A stretch of 45,823 nt of DNA. Origin: an uncultured Deinococcales bacterium. GTDB lineage: Bacteria; Deinococcota; Deinococci; Deinococcales; JAAFIG01. Each line of letters begins with the position of its first letter. Position 1 is the stretch's first letter. A program made the translations under genes and the position numbers. Below are positions 9,260-18,908 of this stretch, piece after piece. Under the pieces are notes generated by a model, which had not been told where the DNA came from, ran no database searches, and saw nothing but the letters and a program-made list of their open reading frames with translations. The stretch covers positions 1 to 45,823 of the forward strand of contig CAXTTL010000003.1 in the NCBI GenBank assembly GCA_964247135.1. Reading direction: 5' to 3'.

Positions 9260-9577
9260 TTATGGTGATTGAAGGTTTGTGGTGCTCGAGAACAGCACCA
9301 GTACGTGTTCGGTAAAGAATTTTTGTGTTGCTGCGTCTTGATCTTCTTCAGGCAAAAGCATGATTTTTCCTGCCGCCTGATACAAATCATATGCCAAATC
9401 TGCATATGCCTCGCTATGATGGACTTCCCATTCGGCTCGAGTTATTCCTCTGCGTTTCAGTTCTTTTTTCTTGATTTCGCGGCATAAATCAATTTTATTC
9501 CTCCAGCCTGCCAGCAGGTCGAGCAAAGCTGTGGTTTTGTCCACGCCGTTTGGAAAAACGCTTGGGAGTTGTGACAT
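9260..9577 (-). CDS. Hypothetical helical protein (105 aa)
   Basis: ATG 9577 preceded by leaderless-type TAAGCT-N7; plausible amphipathic-helix composition. Confidence 0.55.
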   Translation of the reverse strand: MSQLPSVFPNGVDKTTALLDLLAGWRNKIDLCREIKKKELKRRGITRAEWEVHHSEAYADLAYDLYQAAGKIMLLPEEDQDAATQKFFTEHVLVLFSSTTNLQSP

Positions 9578-9735
9578 GCGCCTGAGCTTAAGGCGGACTG
9601 AAGTCTTGTGCAATAGGTTATTTTGCGCATTCCACAGCGCTTCTCGAGGCGGTAGGCTATGGTTTTTGATGCCCAACAATTGAAATGAACCAAAAGCTCG
9701 AGCAACCTGATGACCTGAATTTGACACTTTTATGA

Positions 9736-9752
9736 TTATGCTTGCAACATAA
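9736..9752. promoter_or_regulatory. 17-bp palindromic operator TTATGCTTGCAACATAA (RDRM/DdrO-box-like)
   Basis: TTATG-N7-CATAA palindrome matching the Deinococcus RDRM pattern; overlaps the -35 of the downstream promoter. Confidence 0.55.
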
Positions 9753-9770
9753 ACTCGAGTGCGGTATAAC
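9742..9770 (+). promoter_or_regulatory. Sigma70-type promoter of the BNR-MoaD-DinB operon
   Basis: TTGCAA-17 nt-TATAAC. Confidence 0.6.
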
Positions 9771-9807
9771 ATAGAACAAAGACAGTCAAAGCACTGAAAG
9801 GGGCATC

Positions 9808-10923
9808 ATGGGCAAGGTCAGGGTCTTGGTCGGAACGCGCAAGGGCGCGTTTATCCTCAACAGCGACGAAAAACGCGAACACTGGCAGGTCGAAGGTCCG
9901 CACTTTCCAGGCTGGGAGGTCTACCACCTCAAAGGCTCACCCGCCAACCCAGAGCGCATTTACGTCTCGCAGAGCACGGGTTGGTTCGGGCAACTGATTC
10001 AACGTTCCGACGACGCGGGAAAAACCTGGGCTGCGGTCAGCAACGAATTCAAATACGACGGCGTTCCGGGCACGCACCAGTGGTACGACGGTACACCCCA
10101 CCCCTGGGATTTCAAACGCGTCTGGCATCTCGAGCCTTCACTGACCGACCCTGACACGGTGTACGCCGGAATCGAAGACGCCGCGTTGTTCAAATCCACC
10201 GACGCCGGCGCGTCTTGGACCGAGCTTTCTGGCTTGCGCGAGCACACCACAGGCTCGAGCTGGCAACCTGGCGCGGGCGGTTTGTGCCTGCACACGATTT
10301 TGCTCGACCCAAACGACCCCAATCGCATTTACACCGCCATCTCGGCGGCGGGTGCTTTCCGCAGCGACGACGCGGGCGAAACCTGGAAACCGATCAACAA
10401 AGGTTTGGTGTCTGGGCATATTCCCGACCCTGATGCCGAGGTTGGACATTGTGTGCATCGTCTGGCAATGAACCCAGCGCAACCGAATGTCTTGTTCATG
10501 CAAAAACACTGGGATGTCATGCGCAGCGACAACGCGGGCGACACCTGGACCGAGGTCAGCGGCAATTTGCCCACCGATTTTGGTTTTGTGATCGACGTTC
10601 ACGCGCACGAACCGAACACGATTTTTGTTGTGCCGATCAAAAGTGATTCCGAACACTTCCCAATCGACGGGCAACTGAAAGTCTATCGCAGCAAAACGGG
10701 TGGCAACGACTGGGAGGCAATGACCGACGGATTGCCGCAAAAGGATTGTTACGTCAACGTGCTGCGCGACGCGATGGCAGTCGATACACTCGAGTCTTGC
10801 GGGGTGTACTTTGGCACGACGGGCGGGCAGGTTTACGTTTCCCCCAACGGTGGCGACAGTTGGCAGGCTATCGTCCACGACCTGCCAGCCGTGCTTTCGG
10901 TCGAAGTCCAAACACTTTCATGA
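9808..10923 (+). CDS. BNR/Asp-box beta-propeller protein (sialidase-like fold)
   Basis: Multiple Asp-boxes ([48 protein letters not shown]); no signal peptide. Confidence 0.9.
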   Translation: MGKVRVLVGTRKGAFILNSDEKREHWQVEGPHFPGWEVYHLKGSPANPERIYVSQSTGWFGQLIQRSDDAGKTWAAVSNEFKYDGVPGTHQWYDGTPHPWDFKRVWHLEPSLTDPDTVYAGIEDAALFKSTDAGASWTELSGLREHTTGSSWQPGAGGLCLHTILLDPNDPNRIYTAISAAGAFRSDDAGETWKPINKGLVSGHIPDPDAEVGHCVHRLAMNPAQPNVLFMQKHWDVMRSDNAGDTWTEVSGNLPTDFGFVIDVHAHEPNTIFVVPIKSDSEHFPIDGQLKVYRSKTGGNDWEAMTDGLPQKDCYVNVLRDAMAVDTLESCGVYFGTTGGQVYVSPNGGDSWQAIVHDLPAVLSVEVQTLS

Positions 10924-11216
10924 TTCGGATCGCGTTGCCGTACCACTTGCAAACCCTGGCACAAGTCGGCAAAGAAATCTCGCTCGAGGTTGAGGGCGCA
11001 ATCACCCAACGCGCGGTGTTGAACGCGCTCGAGGACAAGTACCCAATGCTGCGCGGCACCATCCGTGACCACACGACCCAAATGCGCCGCCCGTTCCTGC
11101 GGTTTTTTGCGCTCGAGCAAGACCTCAGTTTTGATGCGCCCGATGACCCACTGCCCGAGGCGGTCGCTCGAGGAACTGAGCCTTTGCTGGTGGTGGGCGC
11201 AATTGTGGGTGGTTAA
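10920..11216 (+). CDS. MoaD/ThiS-family ubiquitin-like protein
   Basis: ATGA overlap with the BNR gene; MIRIALP..; C-terminal AIVGG di-glycine. Confidence 0.9.
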   Translation: MIRIALPYHLQTLAQVGKEISLEVEGAITQRAVLNALEDKYPMLRGTIRDHTTQMRRPFLRFFALEQDLSFDAPDDPLPEAVARGTEPLLVVGAIVGG

Positions 11217-11740
11217 TGTCAAAAACATCCGACCAAAACTTGCTCGAGGCGGTGCTGGACTCCTGGGATCGCAACAACACAATCATGGTCGGTCTGCTTC
11301 GCGCCGTGCCAAAATCCGGATTGGAGGCTCAAGCAACCTCGAGCGGTCCATCTGTTGCCGCGTTGTTCTCGCATGTTTGCCATGTTCGGGTCTGCACAAT
11401 CTGCGAAACCAAAACCGAATTTGCCAGAACCCACCTCGAGTTAATCCCAGCCGACAGTCAAGAATGGTTCGAGGAATTTGACCTCGAGCGGCTTGAAAAC
11501 AGTTTGAACGACAGCGCCAAACTGGTGCGTGACGCCGTGCGAATTTGGCTCGAGGCTGGCATCGGCAGGTCGGAACTCGGTTACGATCATCCGATGTTAA
11601 TGCTGCAACACCTGCTCTGGCACGAGGCGTATCACGTTGGGCAGATCAAACTTTCCCTGAAATTAACGGGCAACCCAATGACCGATCAGGAAGCGGGCGC
11701 AGTGACCTGGAACGTTTGGCGGCAGCACAAAAATTCATGA
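11216..11740 (+). CDS. DinB-family protein
   Basis: SVAALFSHV..; QHLLWHEAYHVGQI metal-binding His motif. Confidence 0.85.
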   Translation: MSKTSDQNLLEAVLDSWDRNNTIMVGLLRAVPKSGLEAQATSSGPSVAALFSHVCHVRVCTICETKTEFARTHLELIPADSQEWFEEFDLERLENSLNDSAKLVRDAVRIWLEAGIGRSELGYDHPMLMLQHLLWHEAYHVGQIKLSLKLTGNPMTDQEAGAVTWNVWRQHKNS

Positions 11741-11783
11741 TTGAAATTACCTACCTCGAGAAACAAATTCAAAAGGAGCCAGC

Positions 11784-12272
11784 ATGTTACTTGACGAATT
11801 GAAAATGTTTTTGCTGCGCGATATCGCCGCCCTGGAACGCGAACTCGAGCTTTACCCCGACGACTCGAGCGTTTGGCAAAGCGTCACTGGACTCCCCAAT
11901 TCGGCGGGGAATTTGATCTTGCACGTTTCTGGAAGTTTGCAACATTTTTTTGGGGCGTTGCTTGGCAACAGCGGTTATCTGCGAAACCGTGAGGCAGAAT
12001 TTAGCAGGCGCGACGTTCCACGCAGCGAACTCAGGCAAGAACTTGCCGCAGCAAGAAAAGGTGTGCTTGCGGGTTTTGAGCACTTAACAGAACAAAGTCT
12101 CGAGCAACCTTTTCCTGCCAGAATCACCGATTCTGACCTTTCGACCAGACTGACGATTTTGCAATTTGTGACGCACTTGGCGTATCACCTGGGGCAAATT
12201 GATTATCACCGCCGCATGGTGACGGGCAATCCTGCGTCGGCTGACACGATTGCCGCACCAAAGGTAGTGTGA
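11784..12272 (+). CDS. DinB-family (DUF1572-like) protein
   Basis: NSAGNLILHVSG, RNREAEF, HLAYHLGQIDYHRR. Confidence 0.85.
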   Translation: MLLDELKMFLLRDIAALERELELYPDDSSVWQSVTGLPNSAGNLILHVSGSLQHFFGALLGNSGYLRNREAEFSRRDVPRSELRQELAAARKGVLAGFEHLTEQSLEQPFPARITDSDLSTRLTILQFVTHLAYHLGQIDYHRRMVTGNPASADTIAAPKVV

Positions 12273-12302
12273 GACTGTGTTTTGCAGCTTTAAGGGGTGC
12301 CA

Positions 12303-12833
12303 ATGAAAACTGAATATTTTTATCAATACTTAACAAAAACGCGCCGCGAACTTTGGGATTCCTTGCGTGAATTGTCGGATGAGGAACTTTCCAAACCCGT
12401 TGTTCCCACCGACGGCGCACGCTGCATCAAAGACCTGATCGCCCACATTGCCATGGTGGAAGACGGTTGGTTTCGCGGTGATCTGCTGGGTCAGCCCCTG
12501 GTGATGGATCAGATGGGCAGAGAACCCACTTTAGACGACGCGTACTGGCATCATCAAGACGAGTCACTCGAGTCGTTGCTTGGGTATTGGGAAGCCGTAG
12601 AAAAAGACACCTTGGCACGTTGGTCGGATTTGATGAAATTGGTTGACGCCAACCACCGTGTTCCTGCGAATGACAATAAACCCGAACTCACCATCACTGC
12701 CGATGAGGTGATTTGGCATGTCATGCAACATGAGGTTCGTCACAGCGCCCATATCGTTCAGATGATTCGGTTGCTTGGACACAAACCCCCCTCCCTCGAT
12801 TTGGTGTTTTTTGCCGCCCCTGACGACACTTAA
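12303..12833 (+). CDS. DinB-family protein
   Basis: IKDLIAHIAMVEDGW; WHVMQHEVRHSAHI. Confidence 0.85.
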   Translation: MKTEYFYQYLTKTRRELWDSLRELSDEELSKPVVPTDGARCIKDLIAHIAMVEDGWFRGDLLGQPLVMDQMGREPTLDDAYWHHQDESLESLLGYWEAVEKDTLARWSDLMKLVDANHRVPANDNKPELTITADEVIWHVMQHEVRHSAHIVQMIRLLGHKPPSLDLVFFAAPDDT

Positions 12834-12910
12834 GGCAAGACGAAAATGGTTTTCAAAACTCGAACTGCCTGACTTTTGAGTTCTGAGAACATCTCGAGTA
12901 GACTTTATTC

Positions 12911-13483
12911 ATGCTTCGAGAAGCACCCGTCAAAACCGCTTCGACTTTCGGTGAATACCTCGAGTTTGAAGTGCAAAGTCAAGAACGCCACGAGTTTGTG
13001 GATGGTAACTTGTTTGTCATGGCAGGCGGAACGACACAACACAATGTCTATGCGCTCATTTTAATTTCGATGATGATGCAACATGCCCTTCAACGTGGTT
13101 ACATCATTTGCAACGATGTCATTCTCGAGACGCCGCTCGGTCGTGGTTATTATCCAGATGCTTATGTTGTTCCGCGCACATCTGATTTGGCTGCTCGAGT
13201 TCAACATCACCCCATCATCATCATTGAAGTGATCTCACAAAGCACCGAAGCCATAGATCGCGGCGAAAAATGGCAAGCCTATCAGCAGATTGCCAGCCTC
13301 GAGCAGTACGTATTGTTGTCGCAAAACGAAGCTGTTGCCGAAGTTTTTTTCAGGGACGGCAGCGAGTGGCGTTACAAAAAACTCGAGGGTGACGCTGCAT
13401 TGGTGTTTCCAAAACTCGAGTTTGAAATTGTGCTTTCAAGTTTGTACGCGCAATTGCCAGCGCTCGAATCAGGTCAAAGCTGA
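12911..13483 (+). CDS. Uma2-family putative restriction-like endonuclease
   Basis: RHEFVDG-MAGGT-H, YYPD, IIEVISQSTEAIDRGEK, YVLLSQ. Confidence 0.88.
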   Translation: MLREAPVKTASTFGEYLEFEVQSQERHEFVDGNLFVMAGGTTQHNVYALILISMMMQHALQRGYIICNDVILETPLGRGYYPDAYVVPRTSDLAARVQHHPIIIIEVISQSTEAIDRGEKWQAYQQIASLEQYVLLSQNEAVAEVFFRDGSEWRYKKLEGDAALVFPKLEFEIVLSSLYAQLPALESGQS

Positions 13484-14193
13484 ACTCGAGCTTCGGGCAT
13501 TTTCAGTTTAATGATTCTGGCTTTGGTCTCGAGCGCGTCAAAAAACCATAATTTCCCGTACAGCGTCTCGAGTCCGACCAGATGCTTTAAAGCTTGGCTC
13601 GCCATGATCGAACCGACCACGCCCAAGAGTGGACCGTGAACGCCCAGTGTATCGCAGTCGTCGGGTTGGTCTGGCGGTTCTGGGAAGGCGTCGCGCAAGC
13701 TGAGTTGGTGGTCAAACACGCTCGCCATGCCTTCCCAGCGCACTGCTCCGCCCCAAACACAGGGTTTCTCGAGCGTCACGGTTGTATCCGAAATCAAGTA
13801 TCTCGCTTTGATGTTGTCCGTGCCGTCAACGATCAGGTCGTAACCAGCCAGGGTGTCTCGAGCGTTCGATTCCTCGAGCTTTTCGTGTAATTCCAGTTTG
13901 ATGTTCGGGTTGACCAATGCCAGATGCTCGAGCGCCACCTCGAGCTTTGAACGTCCCACATCGGGCGTGGTGTACAAGGTTTGGCGCTGCAAATTATGAA
14001 TCTCGAGTTGGTCGTATTCGCACAAGCCAATTCTGCCTATGCCAGCCGCCACCAAATACTGCGCGATGGGCGAACCCAAACCGCCCAAACCAACAATCAA
14101 TACACTCGAGTTCTTTAGTTTTTCTTGCCCTTCCAAACCAATTTCGGGCAGGATAATTTGTCTGGCGTAACGGCGAATCTCATGGCGTTCCAT
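13474..14193 (-). CDS. moeB: MoeB/ThiF-family adenylyltransferase (E1-like)
   Basis: RYARQIIL, GLGGLGS, NLQRQ, DGTDN; retains the DDCDTLGV Cys but lacks the CxxC zinc motifs. Confidence 0.88.
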   Translation of the reverse strand: MERHEIRRYARQIILPEIGLEGQEKLKNSSVLIVGLGGLGSPIAQYLVAAGIGRIGLCEYDQLEIHNLQRQTLYTTPDVGRSKLEVALEHLALVNPNIKLELHEKLEESNARDTLAGYDLIVDGTDNIKARYLISDTTVTLEKPCVWGGAVRWEGMASVFDHQLSLRDAFPEPPDQPDDCDTLGVHGPLLGVVGSIMASQALKHLVGLETLYGKLWFFDALETKARIIKLKMPEARVQL

Positions 14194-14245
14194 GACCAGA
14201 GTTTAGCCCAAGATTTTTCTGGAGGCTCGAGTTAAAATTTCAATC

Positions 14246-14632
14246 GTGGATGCCAAGTTTGAAACCATTGACGATTACATTGCGGGTTTTCCAGAGCACA
14301 TTCAAGCCATCCTTCAAGAAATACGGCTGACCATTGCAAGCGCCGCGCCCGAAGCCAGCGAAAGGATCAGCTATGCCATGCCAACGTTTGCGCTCGAGGG
14401 CAATCTGGTGCATTTTGCCGCGTTCAAAAATCACATTGGTTTTTATCCCACCTCGTCTGGAACAGCCAAATTTCAAACCGAAATCTCGAGGTTTAAAAAT
14501 TCAAAAGGCGCGATTCAATTTCCGATCAGTCAACCCGTGCCTTTTGATTTGATCGCCCAGATTGTCAAATTTCGGCTTGAGGAGAATTTGGCGAAAGCCG
14601 CCAGCAAAGCAAAGAAAAACATCGGTTCATAA
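14246..14632 (+). CDS. DUF1801/YdhG-like (iron chaperone-like) protein
   Basis: TIDDYIA, ISYAMPTF, LVHFAAFKNHIGFYP, SKGAIQFP. Confidence 0.85.
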   Translation: MDAKFETIDDYIAGFPEHIQAILQEIRLTIASAAPEASERISYAMPTFALEGNLVHFAAFKNHIGFYPTSSGTAKFQTEISRFKNSKGAIQFPISQPVPFDLIAQIVKFRLEENLAKAASKAKKNIGS

Positions 14633-14726
14633 CAACCCAGCTCGAGACAAAATGACTTTGATCTGGTGCGCCGCCATGGGCTTTTTGTCAAGTGTCGGTC
14701 AATCCAGTTAAGGTAAAGTCAATCTT

Positions 14727-15356
14727 ATGAATGATGCCGAATCCGAATTTCCTGAACTGAAGCTTTATCTTGGTTTTGAAACTTGGTCGATACGGTTCGT
14801 TGTTGTGCTCGGGTTTTCACTTTTGCTGTTGGGATCGTTGAGCTGGTTGGTTTACCTGATTTTTACAACCCAAGTCTCAGAAGAATGGGGTTTTGAACTG
14901 TTTTTGGGCTTGCTGGTTGTTGTCTGTTGGTCTTTTGTTTTACGCAAGGCGATACGAGGATTCTCGAGACTTGACAATTATCTTCGGCTCAACCAAAGCG
15001 GTTTGACCTGTGTGAACTTTGGCATCAGCACATTCTGGGCTTGGAACGAGATCAATGGATTTTTAGGCATCCGCCTTCGTTGGACTCTGGTGGGAATTTG
15101 GGTGCATCTGAAGGGATCAAAAGCGCAACCCTTCATTTCCTTTCGACTGCCACAACCCACCAACCTGGAACCCTATGTTGTCCTGGGACAAACCGACTCG
15201 AGTTTAAAGAACGTATTGAACCGGTGGCTCGAGCGTTACGGTTCACCAGAACCTGAATTTTTGAAAACGCAGGATGAAAACGCCCAATGGTTTCGCCTTG
15301 AGGACCGAATCAACCGATTTTTTGGTATTTCAAGCAGCGATCACAATCAGCAGTGA
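14727..15356 (+). CDS. Membrane protein (two TM helices plus soluble domain)
   Basis: Two hydrophobic segments in the N-terminal part; leaderless-type TAAAGT-N7-ATG. Confidence 0.65.
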   Translation: MNDAESEFPELKLYLGFETWSIRFVVVLGFSLLLLGSLSWLVYLIFTTQVSEEWGFELFLGLLVVVCWSFVLRKAIRGFSRLDNYLRLNQSGLTCVNFGISTFWAWNEINGFLGIRLRWTLVGIWVHLKGSKAQPFISFRLPQPTNLEPYVVLGQTDSSLKNVLNRWLERYGSPEPEFLKTQDENAQWFRLEDRINRFFGISSSDHNQQ

Positions 15357-15419
15357 AGCGGAGTGCCACAAAGTTAACATCGAAACGTTTTTTCGGGCAC
15401 TTGCCTGTAAACTGTTCTC

Positions 15420-16370
15420 GTGCTGAGCATCCGCGAATTTGAGTTTCACGACTGGGATTACGAACGGCTCGCCTGGCTCGAGAATGCCCTGTTCGGTGGT
15501 CAAACCAATCCCGAAGAACTCCAAGCCCGCGACCAGCACCGCGACCCGAGTCTGGGTTTTGTGCGTCTGGTTGCCCTGGATGCCAGCCACAACATGGTTG
15601 GGGTCATCGAAGCCACCCAGCGCCCCGCACCCTGGTTCTCGAGGGGCGAGGTGCGTCTGGCGGTGCGTCAGGACATGCGGCGGCGCGGCATCGGCGGGGT
15701 TTTGCTCGGAGAACTCGAGACGCTGCTGCGTGATCGTGGCGGGGACACGGTCATGCTCTACACCAGCGAGAGCGACGCGGGCATCAACCAATTCTTGGGG
15801 CATCACGGCTATGCAGAATCGTTTCGCGGCTATCAACAATGGCTGCCACTGCACGGATTTGACCCAGACCGATTCGACCCAAATTGGAATCGACTGCTCG
15901 AGCACGGCATTCATTTGCGTTCACTCGCACAAATTCGTGAGGGTTGGGACACCGCGCAAAAATTTTACGACCTCTACATCACCCTCGAGCGTGACGCCCC
16001 CAGAGCCGACGAATACTTTGTTGCCACCAGTTTTGAAGAATTTAGCGCCAACCAGTACGACAGCCCCTCGAGTTTCTTTGCTGGTGTGACGTTTGCGGTG
16101 AAAGACGATAATCTGATCGGTCTGAACATTCTTTACCGTGACAGTCACTCGAGCGTCTTTCACAACGGTTTAACTGGGGTGCGCCGCGAATTTCGTGGGC
16201 TTGGTTTGGCACTGGCACTCAAACTCGAGGGCATCCGTGTGGCGTTGGCGCACGGCGGTGAGGGCATCACCAGTTACAACGCCAGCACCAACACGCCCAT
16301 TTTAAAACTCAACGAAAAACTTGGTTTTCAGCGCAGTCCCGCCACGCTCGAATGGCGCAAAAACCTGTAG
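15420..16370 (+). CDS. Tandem GNAT acetyltransferase
   Basis: Two acetyl-CoA motifs (MRRRGIGG; FRGLGLALALK); N..ILKLNEKLGF. Confidence 0.88.
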   Translation: MLSIREFEFHDWDYERLAWLENALFGGQTNPEELQARDQHRDPSLGFVRLVALDASHNMVGVIEATQRPAPWFSRGEVRLAVRQDMRRRGIGGVLLGELETLLRDRGGDTVMLYTSESDAGINQFLGHHGYAESFRGYQQWLPLHGFDPDRFDPNWNRLLEHGIHLRSLAQIREGWDTAQKFYDLYITLERDAPRADEYFVATSFEEFSANQYDSPSSFFAGVTFAVKDDNLIGLNILYRDSHSSVFHNGLTGVRREFRGLGLALALKLEGIRVALAHGGEGITSYNASTNTPILKLNEKLGFQRSPATLEWRKNL

Positions 16371-16426
16371 GGCACATGCGACCATGCCCGTAAGGTGCGT
16401 TTTATGGTCAAGAAGGCAATGCGCCC

Positions 16427-17740
16427 CTACTTCCCAGAATTTCCGCCCCGAGTTGAACGCCCTCGAAAACCGCTTGAAGCTCGAGTTTGATTGGGTTGCA
16501 ATTTTTTGGCTTGGTTGGGACTGGTCATGCCTTTGGCTTGCACTTGCTCGCGTTTGATGGGTGCGCGGTGCTCGTTCGCGCCGCGTTTTGGCGCGGGTTG
16601 CTGCACTTCTTTGGGAATGGTTTGCGTGTAATCAAAACCTGCCACTTTGGCTTTCGGGATTTTTAAAGAAATCGCTTTTTCGATGTCGCGCAAATCCGAT
16701 TCCTCTTCCGGCGAGACAAACGTCAACGCCTCACCCGTGCGCTCTGCCCGAGCGGTGCGTCCGACGCGGTGAATATAATCCTCTGGCACGTTCGGCACGT
16801 CAAAGTTGATCACATGCTCGAGCGCGGCAATGTCGATTCCTCTGGCGGCAATGTCGGTGGCGACCAGCACGCGGTATTTGCCCGATTTAAAACCCGCCAG
16901 CGCTTCGGTGCGCTGCCCCTGCGAACGGTCACCGTGAATCCGTTCGGCGTTGACACCGTGACCGACCAAAAATTTTGCCAAACGGTTCGCGCGGTGTTTG
17001 GTGCGGGTAAACACGATCACGCTGCCGAGTTCCTCGAGCAACTTCAGCAACAAGCCCGATTTTAAATCTTGCGGCACGGGATAAACCCATTGCGTGATGC
17101 CGCTGGCGGGCATGGCTTGGCGATCAACGTTGATGGTGACTGGTTGATGCAGCAAATCTTTTGCCAGTTGCGAAATCAGATTTGGCATGGTCGCCGAAAA
17201 AAACAGGGTTTGATCTGGTTTGGGGATGTGCTTTAAGACCCGTTTGATGTCGGGCAAAAATCCCATGTCGAGCATCCGATCCGCCTCATCCATCACCAGC
17301 ACCTCGAGATGCTCGAGTTTGGCGTAACGGTTTTTGAAGTGATCCAGAAGGCGTCCTGGCGTGGCAACAATGATTTCTGTACCATTTTCAAACGCCCTGG
17401 TCTGGGCTTGCATCGAAACCCCACCAAAAATCGCGGTGCTGCGAATGCCCGTGTGCTTGCCGAGTTGCTCGAATTGGGTTTGAACTTGCGCCGCCAACTC
17501 TCGGGTTGGCACGAGCACCAATGCCCGCGTGACGCGTCTGGGCAGATGCAAGATGCGTTGCAAGACGGGCAGCACGAACGCCGCCGTTTTGCCACTGCCA
17601 GTCATGGCGCACGCCAGCAAATCCCGACCCTCGAGCGCGGGCGGAATGGCTTTCTCCTGAATTTCGGTGGGGGTGGTGTAACCGCTGTCGATGATGGCTC
17701 GCATCAACGATGAATCGAGTTTGAACTGCATAAATGTCAT
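16427..17740 (-). CDS. DEAD-box RNA helicase (RhlE-like)
   Basis: PTEIQ Q-motif, TGSGKT, PTRELA, TPGR, DEAD, SAT, ARGID, HRVGRTAR; basic C-terminal tail; start MTFMQF at 17740. Confidence 0.95.
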   Translation of the reverse strand: MTFMQFKLDSSLMRAIIDSGYTTPTEIQEKAIPPALEGRDLLACAMTGSGKTAAFVLPVLQRILHLPRRVTRALVLVPTRELAAQVQTQFEQLGKHTGIRSTAIFGGVSMQAQTRAFENGTEIIVATPGRLLDHFKNRYAKLEHLEVLVMDEADRMLDMGFLPDIKRVLKHIPKPDQTLFFSATMPNLISQLAKDLLHQPVTINVDRQAMPASGITQWVYPVPQDLKSGLLLKLLEELGSVIVFTRTKHRANRLAKFLVGHGVNAERIHGDRSQGQRTEALAGFKSGKYRVLVATDIAARGIDIAALEHVINFDVPNVPEDYIHRVGRTARAERTGEALTFVSPEEESDLRDIEKAISLKIPKAKVAGFDYTQTIPKEVQQPAPKRGANEHRAPIKREQVQAKGMTSPNQAKKLQPNQTRASSGFRGRSTRGGNSGK

Positions 17741-18030
17741 GGTCAAGCCTTTGCAACCGCGACAACCCAATTCAAGGCGGGTTTCGGGTGTTGTGACGAG
17801 GGGAAACCTGACTGGGGTCAGGACGGACAGCCGCCCTGATGCAGCCCGCAACGCCAGCGCGATTTCGCGCAAACGAGGGTTCAGCGTACAACAAATCCAG
17901 GCTGTTGTCTGGAAAGTGCTACAAGCCCTGCAAACTCGAGCCTCAATTCTTGTCTTGTTCACGCGCTAAAAGCAACATCCAACACCAAATGCAACCCGTT
18001 TTTCTTGCGCACAAGACAGCACCTGATGGA

Positions 18031-18272
18031 CTATTCGCGCTCAATGCCCCAATAAAACCTTACTGCACGCATTACTCGCTCTGCTTCGGTTGGAAGACTC
18101 GTGATAAAAAATCGATCCTCAACACTCAGGACCCCATTGACTTCTCGAGTCCCTTGAAACCTCACCACGGCGTTCAAATCCCGCCAAGGTCCTCGTTCAT
18201 CCAAAATCTCAAGATCAGATAAAACCCAACATTCTCGAGTTCCAACCCGTCCATGCCCTTGATCCAAAGTGG
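18031..18272 (-). mobile_element. ISAs1-family transposase fragment
   Basis: GHGRVGTRECWV...RFFITSL...VRFYWGIE matches ISAs1 hallmark motifs (GHGRxExR; Y-I-SSL; HWxIEN); truncated at both ends. Confidence 0.75.
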
Positions 18273-18442
18273 CATTCGGAATCTGTTGTTGGTCGAATGC
18301 TTTCTCGGATGCGGTCAATTTCGACTTGATGGCGGTAAAGCGGAGGCGCTTCCCAGACGGGTAAACCATTGATGATCTCGAGCCTGAAACCTGCCGCATC
18401 GGCTTGTAAGAGCAATTGCAATGTTGGGCTTTGAAGGTTCAT
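18270..18442 (-). pseudogene. Truncated Uma2-family gene joined to the ISAs1 fragment
   Basis: GFRLEIINGLPVWEAPPLYRHQVEIDRIRESI resembles a Uma2 N-terminus; the rest is replaced by IS sequence. Confidence 0.6.
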
Positions 18443-18470
18443 GTGTAATTTAAACCTTTGGGGTGGTGTT

Positions 18471-18875
18471 TCAAAACCGTAAATCCCAAAGCACACCAAC
18501 CGCTTGCGTCAACTCCCACGACCTGACCAGCACCACATCGGTTTTATAAGTGCTGTACGCCATGATGCTCACGCCAGCCTGCGCCAAAGCACCCGTGAGT
18601 TTTGCCATCACACCCACCGTCTCGAGCGGAAAATCTTGCGAGAGCCGAATGGCGCGGTAACCACGCCCAACTTTGGCAGAAAGGTGTTGGGCTGCAATTT
18701 TTTCCCAAGCACTCACCTCGAGCACCAACGTGATTTCCACAGGGTCATGAATGGCGATTTTCAGGTTGCCACCGACAGGCAATATCAGGCTCGAGTCGGC
18801 GGGCAGGCTGATGAGTGCGTATTCACCCTCGAGCACTTGAATGACATCTTGACCTCGGGATTTCTTGCTTTCCAT
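18471..18875 (-). CDS. ACT-domain protein
   Basis: VGVMAKLTGALAQAGVSIMAYSTYKTDVVLV (ACT_7-like). Confidence 0.8.
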   Translation of the reverse strand: MESKKSRGQDVIQVLEGEYALISLPADSSLILPVGGNLKIAIHDPVEITLVLEVSAWEKIAAQHLSAKVGRGYRAIRLSQDFPLETVGVMAKLTGALAQAGVSIMAYSTYKTDVVLVRSWELTQAVGVLWDLRF

Positions 18876-18908
18876 GATTTCCCCCTCGAGATGCTTGATG
18901 CGCTGCGT

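Noticed and set aside
10138-10911. Long antisense or alternate-frame ORFs (e.g. 10138..10911, 26436..27494, 20462..21157)
   Set aside because: Shadows of well-supported genes with no recognisable motifs.
17741-17962. N-terminal extension of the helicase ORF in the ORF track
   Set aside because: Precedes the Q-motif region and looks like UTR; start set at 17740.
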